Below the pieces are notes generated by a model. The model ran no database searches and was not told the DNA's origin. It worked only from the letters and a program-made list of their open reading frames with translations. From Candidatus Nealsonbacteria bacterium CG07_land_8_20_14_0_80_39_13 (lineage in GTDB: Bacteria > Patescibacteriota > Minisyncoccia > Minisyncoccales > GCA-002779355), in contig PEWS01000027.1 of assembly GCA_002779355.1 (NCBI GenBank), positions 1-39,667 on the forward strand: DNA of 39,667 nucleotides, in the 5' to 3' direction. Positions 38,612-39,667 of this stretch are shown in pieces. Both the position numbers and the translations under genes were made by a program. Each line of letters begins with the position of its first letter. The first letter of the stretch is position 1.

Positions 38612-39667
38612 ATGAATAATAAAAAATCACAAATGTTTAGCGAAACACCAGCTGTACTGCAACGCGAGGATCATAAGTATATGTCTACCGAAGACAAAAA
38701 ATGTGAAAAGGAAATAACCGAAGAAAAAAAAGAGAGGTAGAGGCAAATCCTTCGCAAGATTCCGGTTGCAGTAAATAACTTTTACGGTGATCCTGTTATA
38801 CAGTGGGAAAACACAATTGAAAAATTAGGAAATTTAGAAAAAAGTCGTCATACTGGTCCAATTGGGATTATTATGAAGGGGAAGCTTGACGAGAGGAAAG
38901 TAACGGAACTTAAAGAAAAAAAAGAGAAGGGATTAAATTTAGTAATTTTAATTTCTATTTCTGAATTAACAGAGTTAGAAGGAACTGATTCTGCGCATCG
39001 TTATGAAAATATCCGTATGTTAACCGAGGCCGGCGTACCAGCTATTGCTTATATTCGTCCGATGATGCCCCCCTTTAATACTTCTGAGGAGGTGATTGGC
39101 AAAATTTTTTCACAGTTAAAAGAGGCCGGTTGCACTTCCGCAGTTGCATCTGGTTTTCGTGGCGACGAAGCTTTAGTGGAAAGACTTTCTCCCGACGAAA
39201 GAGTGCAATGGGCTATGCGGGTAAAGGTAATGCCCGGAGAAATTTTTAAAAGAATCAAAAAATATGCCGAAGCAAATAACATCCAGTTATTTACTCGAAC
39301 CGCTTGCGCTGTTTCTGCTGCCACTGGAGGAGAAAGAACCTATAATCCATACTACAATAGTCCTAATTTAGTTAAATGCACGGAATTAAATTGTCCGATA
39401 CAGGACACTTGCGCTCCGCTTTCCGAGCCGAAAGAAGGATCGCTTGAACTTATAAAACGATTAGGGTTTGATGTGGAATTTGTTCCTTCTGCCAATGGAA
39501 AAGCGTGTGGTGTAAGCGGGGAAGACAGATTGAGATGTCCCTCTTGTTGCACGACTTGTTATTTTTCCAGCAATATTCCCCACTTATTGGTTAGGGGCAA
39601 TGTGAATTTAGGAGACTTGGCTTTTATCAGATTTACGACCGGCATGATGGCTATGCAACCAGGACGA
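38612..39667 (+). pseudogene. Radical-SAM-fold-like Cys-rich protein with an in-frame TAG; runs off the window end
   Basis: Frame open from ATG 38612 to the window end except TAG 38738-38740; YGDP, IIMKG, LISIS, RYENI..L..AGV...YIRP, Cx4CPx4C and CPSCCTTC. Confidence 0.6.

Overview
AT-rich bacterial chromosomal segment, most likely from a Patescibacteria/CPR (Parcubacteria-like) genome. This is inferred from 16S signature substitutions, the short EF-Ts, the pilin-LamG gene and the gene content. The core consists of translation genes (frameshifted prfB, prfA, rpmE, rpsB, tsf, rplY, greA, two tRNA-Thr, tRNA-Ile, a stand-alone 16S rRNA), cell-division genes (ftsEX, a divergent ftsZ, a lytic transglycosylase) and a glycolysis/acetate cluster (pyk, eno, apgM, gap, acs, ppsA, pfkB-family kinase, fba). 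Small accessory modules sit between these genes: two toxin-antitoxin pairs, a REP-associated tyrosine transposase, an integron-like cassette, a retropepsin pair and a decaying PLP-enzyme/radical-SAM-like cluster. Most notable: (1) a 36-nt palindromic element inserted in frame and in the same reading frame four times in housekeeping proteins, three of them in the two release factors; (2) a GIY-YIG nuclease gene bracketed by a duplicated tRNA-Ile 5' half whose D-loop carries a second palindrome family; (3) a 16S rRNA lacking the anti-Shine-Dalgarno sequence, alongside apparently leaderless genes and a retained prfB +1 frameshift.
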